DNA of 64,000 nucleotides from IMG/VR virus record IMGVR_UViG_2862784999_000001, positions 22,584 to 86,583 of that record, one strand, 5' to 3'. The position numbers and the translations under genes are program-made. This stretch comes from a virus. Lineage: Duplodnaviria; Caudoviricetes. Shown one piece after another: positions 62,713 to 64,000 of the stretch (the first letter of the stretch is position 1; each line of letters begins with the position of its first letter). The notes beneath the pieces were generated by a model that made no database searches, was not told the DNA's origin, and was given only the letters and a program-made list of their open reading frames with translations.

Positions 62713-63966
62713 GTGGCGCACGCCGAGAAGGTCTTCAAGGTCAAGAACGGGAAGAAGACCACCAAGTACACGTGGCGGTGCCGCTACAAGAGGCCAGACG
62801 GCAGCTTCGGCAGCGAGCCCGGCTTCCCGACGAGGAAACTCGCCGAGGACTGGGGTGATCGTCAGGAAGCGGCGATCAAGGAAGGCCGCTGGATTGACCC
62901 TGAACTGTCGCGTAAGAAGTTCGGTGTTTTCGTACACGAGTGGATGGCGGCTCAGAAGCCGCGCGGTCGGACGACGATGAACCGCTGGGCGCGGCTCGAA
63001 GGCCACATCCTGCCGCGATGGAAGGACGCCCCACTCGTCTCGATCAACTGGTTCGACGTGGAGGCCTGGGCGCGCACCCTCACATGCGCGCGCAGCACCA
63101 CGAAGGACTGCGTGCAGCTGATGAGCCGCATCATGAACGGCGCTGTCGACGCCCGGCACCTCATCGTCAACCCGATGGCGGGACGGCGTCTCACCGGGCT
63201 GCCGGCCGATCCGGCGAAGAAGAAGGCGGACGAGGACCAGGTGGCCACGCCGGAGGCGGTCCTCGAACTGTCGCGGCGCCTCGGCCCCGTGTACGGACTG
63301 CATATCGTCACAGACGCGTTCACCGGGCTGCGCTACGAAGAGCTCGTCGGCCTGCACCGGGACAACACGCTGCTGGAGCGGCGTCAGAAGTACGACGGCG
63401 GGGTCTTCACCTGTCCGATCATTCGGGTCGATGGAGATACGGGCGTGCTCGCCGAGTACGACGTCCGTGACGAGGAGGGGAAGCGGAAGGCGTTCCGCGG
63501 GCTGGAGCCTCCGAAGAACGACAAGTCCGGTCGGGACGTGGACGTCCCCCCGTTCCTGGCGGTGCTGCTGGAGAAGCATCTCGCGGAGTGGCCGCACGAG
63601 TTCGTGTTCACGACGCTGTCCGGCAAGTGGTGGTGGCGCAGCCACTGGCACACGATCCTGCGGCCGGCGGCGGACGGCAGGGAAGCCCGGCCCAAGGCCC
63701 GCGGTAACGCGGTGAAAGAGGGGTGGGAGCCGATCATGCCAGGGCTGACGATGCGGGATCTCCGGCATACGCATGACACCTGGCAGGAGCAGATCGGCGT
63801 GCGCCCTGTGTTGGGGTACGAGCAGATGGGGCACAAGTACCCTGGGATCAAGGGCACGTACCGGCATCCGACTCCGCCGATGAGGCAGGACCGGCTCGAT
63901 GGCTTGCAGGCGCTTTACGAGCGGGCGATGAGCAATCTGGGGTGGACGAGCATCTGGGAGAGTTGA
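62713..63966 (+). CDS. int: tyrosine integrase
   Basis: TGLRYEEL (R), PK (K), RDLRHT (HxxR variant), MGH, TY (catalytic Y); arm-binding N-terminus. Confidence 0.92.
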   Translation: MAHAEKVFKVKNGKKTTKYTWRCRYKRPDGSFGSEPGFPTRKLAEDWGDRQEAAIKEGRWIDPELSRKKFGVFVHEWMAAQKPRGRTTMNRWARLEGHILPRWKDAPLVSINWFDVEAWARTLTCARSTTKDCVQLMSRIMNGAVDARHLIVNPMAGRRLTGLPADPAKKKADEDQVATPEAVLELSRRLGPVYGLHIVTDAFTGLRYEELVGLHRDNTLLERRQKYDGGVFTCPIIRVDGDTGVLAEYDVRDEEGKRKAFRGLEPPKNDKSGRDVDVPPFLAVLLEKHLAEWPHEFVFTTLSGKWWWRSHWHTILRPAADGREARPKARGNAVKEGWEPIMPGLTMRDLRHTHDTWQEQIGVRPVLGYEQMGHKYPGIKGTYRHPTPPMRQDRLDGLQALYERAMSNLGWTSIWES

Positions 63967-64000
63967 TCTCCCAAGGATCCCCTAAACGATCAGTTGTAGA

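Larger units (their letters stand above)
1..64000. mobile_element. temperate siphovirus-like actinophage/prophage (partial; tail tip and lysis genes off the left edge)
   Basis: Complete head, packaging, replication, immunity and integrase modules; no host housekeeping region visible. Confidence 0.92.

Noticed and set aside
62419-63867. 482-aa minus-strand ORF
   Set aside because: Antisense to the integrase; no recognisable motifs.
63950-64000. att core site
   Set aside because: Only a short inverted repeat (TGGGAGA/TCTCCCA) is visible; the partner att site and target lie outside the window, so it cannot be supported.

Overview
The whole window is about 64 kb of one high-GC, long-tailed (siphovirus-like) temperate actinophage, most likely an integrated Streptomyces-type prophage. 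From right to left: tyrosine integrase and a repressor/cro switch (60.9-64 kb); a long leftward early operon with beta sliding clamp, RecE-like nuclease, AAA_24 ATPase, replication initiator, DnaC-like loader, DnaB helicase, two cytosine-methyltransferase-like genes, HNH and many small ORFs (39.3-61.5 kb); rightward regulatory cassettes including two NUDIX genes (35.1-39.2 kb); a Streptomyces plasmid/AICE-type conjugation module (TraB/FtsK translocase plus membrane spread-like genes, no integrase or Rep of its own; about 26-35 kb); a late promoter and leader with a tRNA-like element (21-22 kb); a fibre-plus-glycosylation cluster (small beta protein, 919-aa lectin-like protein with 20-aa Ala/Thr repeats, GT2, methyltransferase, NDP-sugar epimerase; 15.3-21 kb); HNH, a second Ala-rich fibre and a probable cos region (10.5-13.3 kb); then terminase, portal, scaffold, capsid, a GT4 glycosyltransferase, head-tail genes, major tail protein, frameshifted tail chaperones and the start of the tape measure (1-10.5 kb). 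The most notable observations are (1) a virion-forming prophage carrying a hyphal conjugation module, (2) a virion glycosylation system with a candidate repeat-scaffolded fibre, and (3) a start-associated motif CCCGCGCC-AUG whose complement lies in the loop of a predicted pseudoknot. All product calls come from motif recognition and gene order; no database searches were run.
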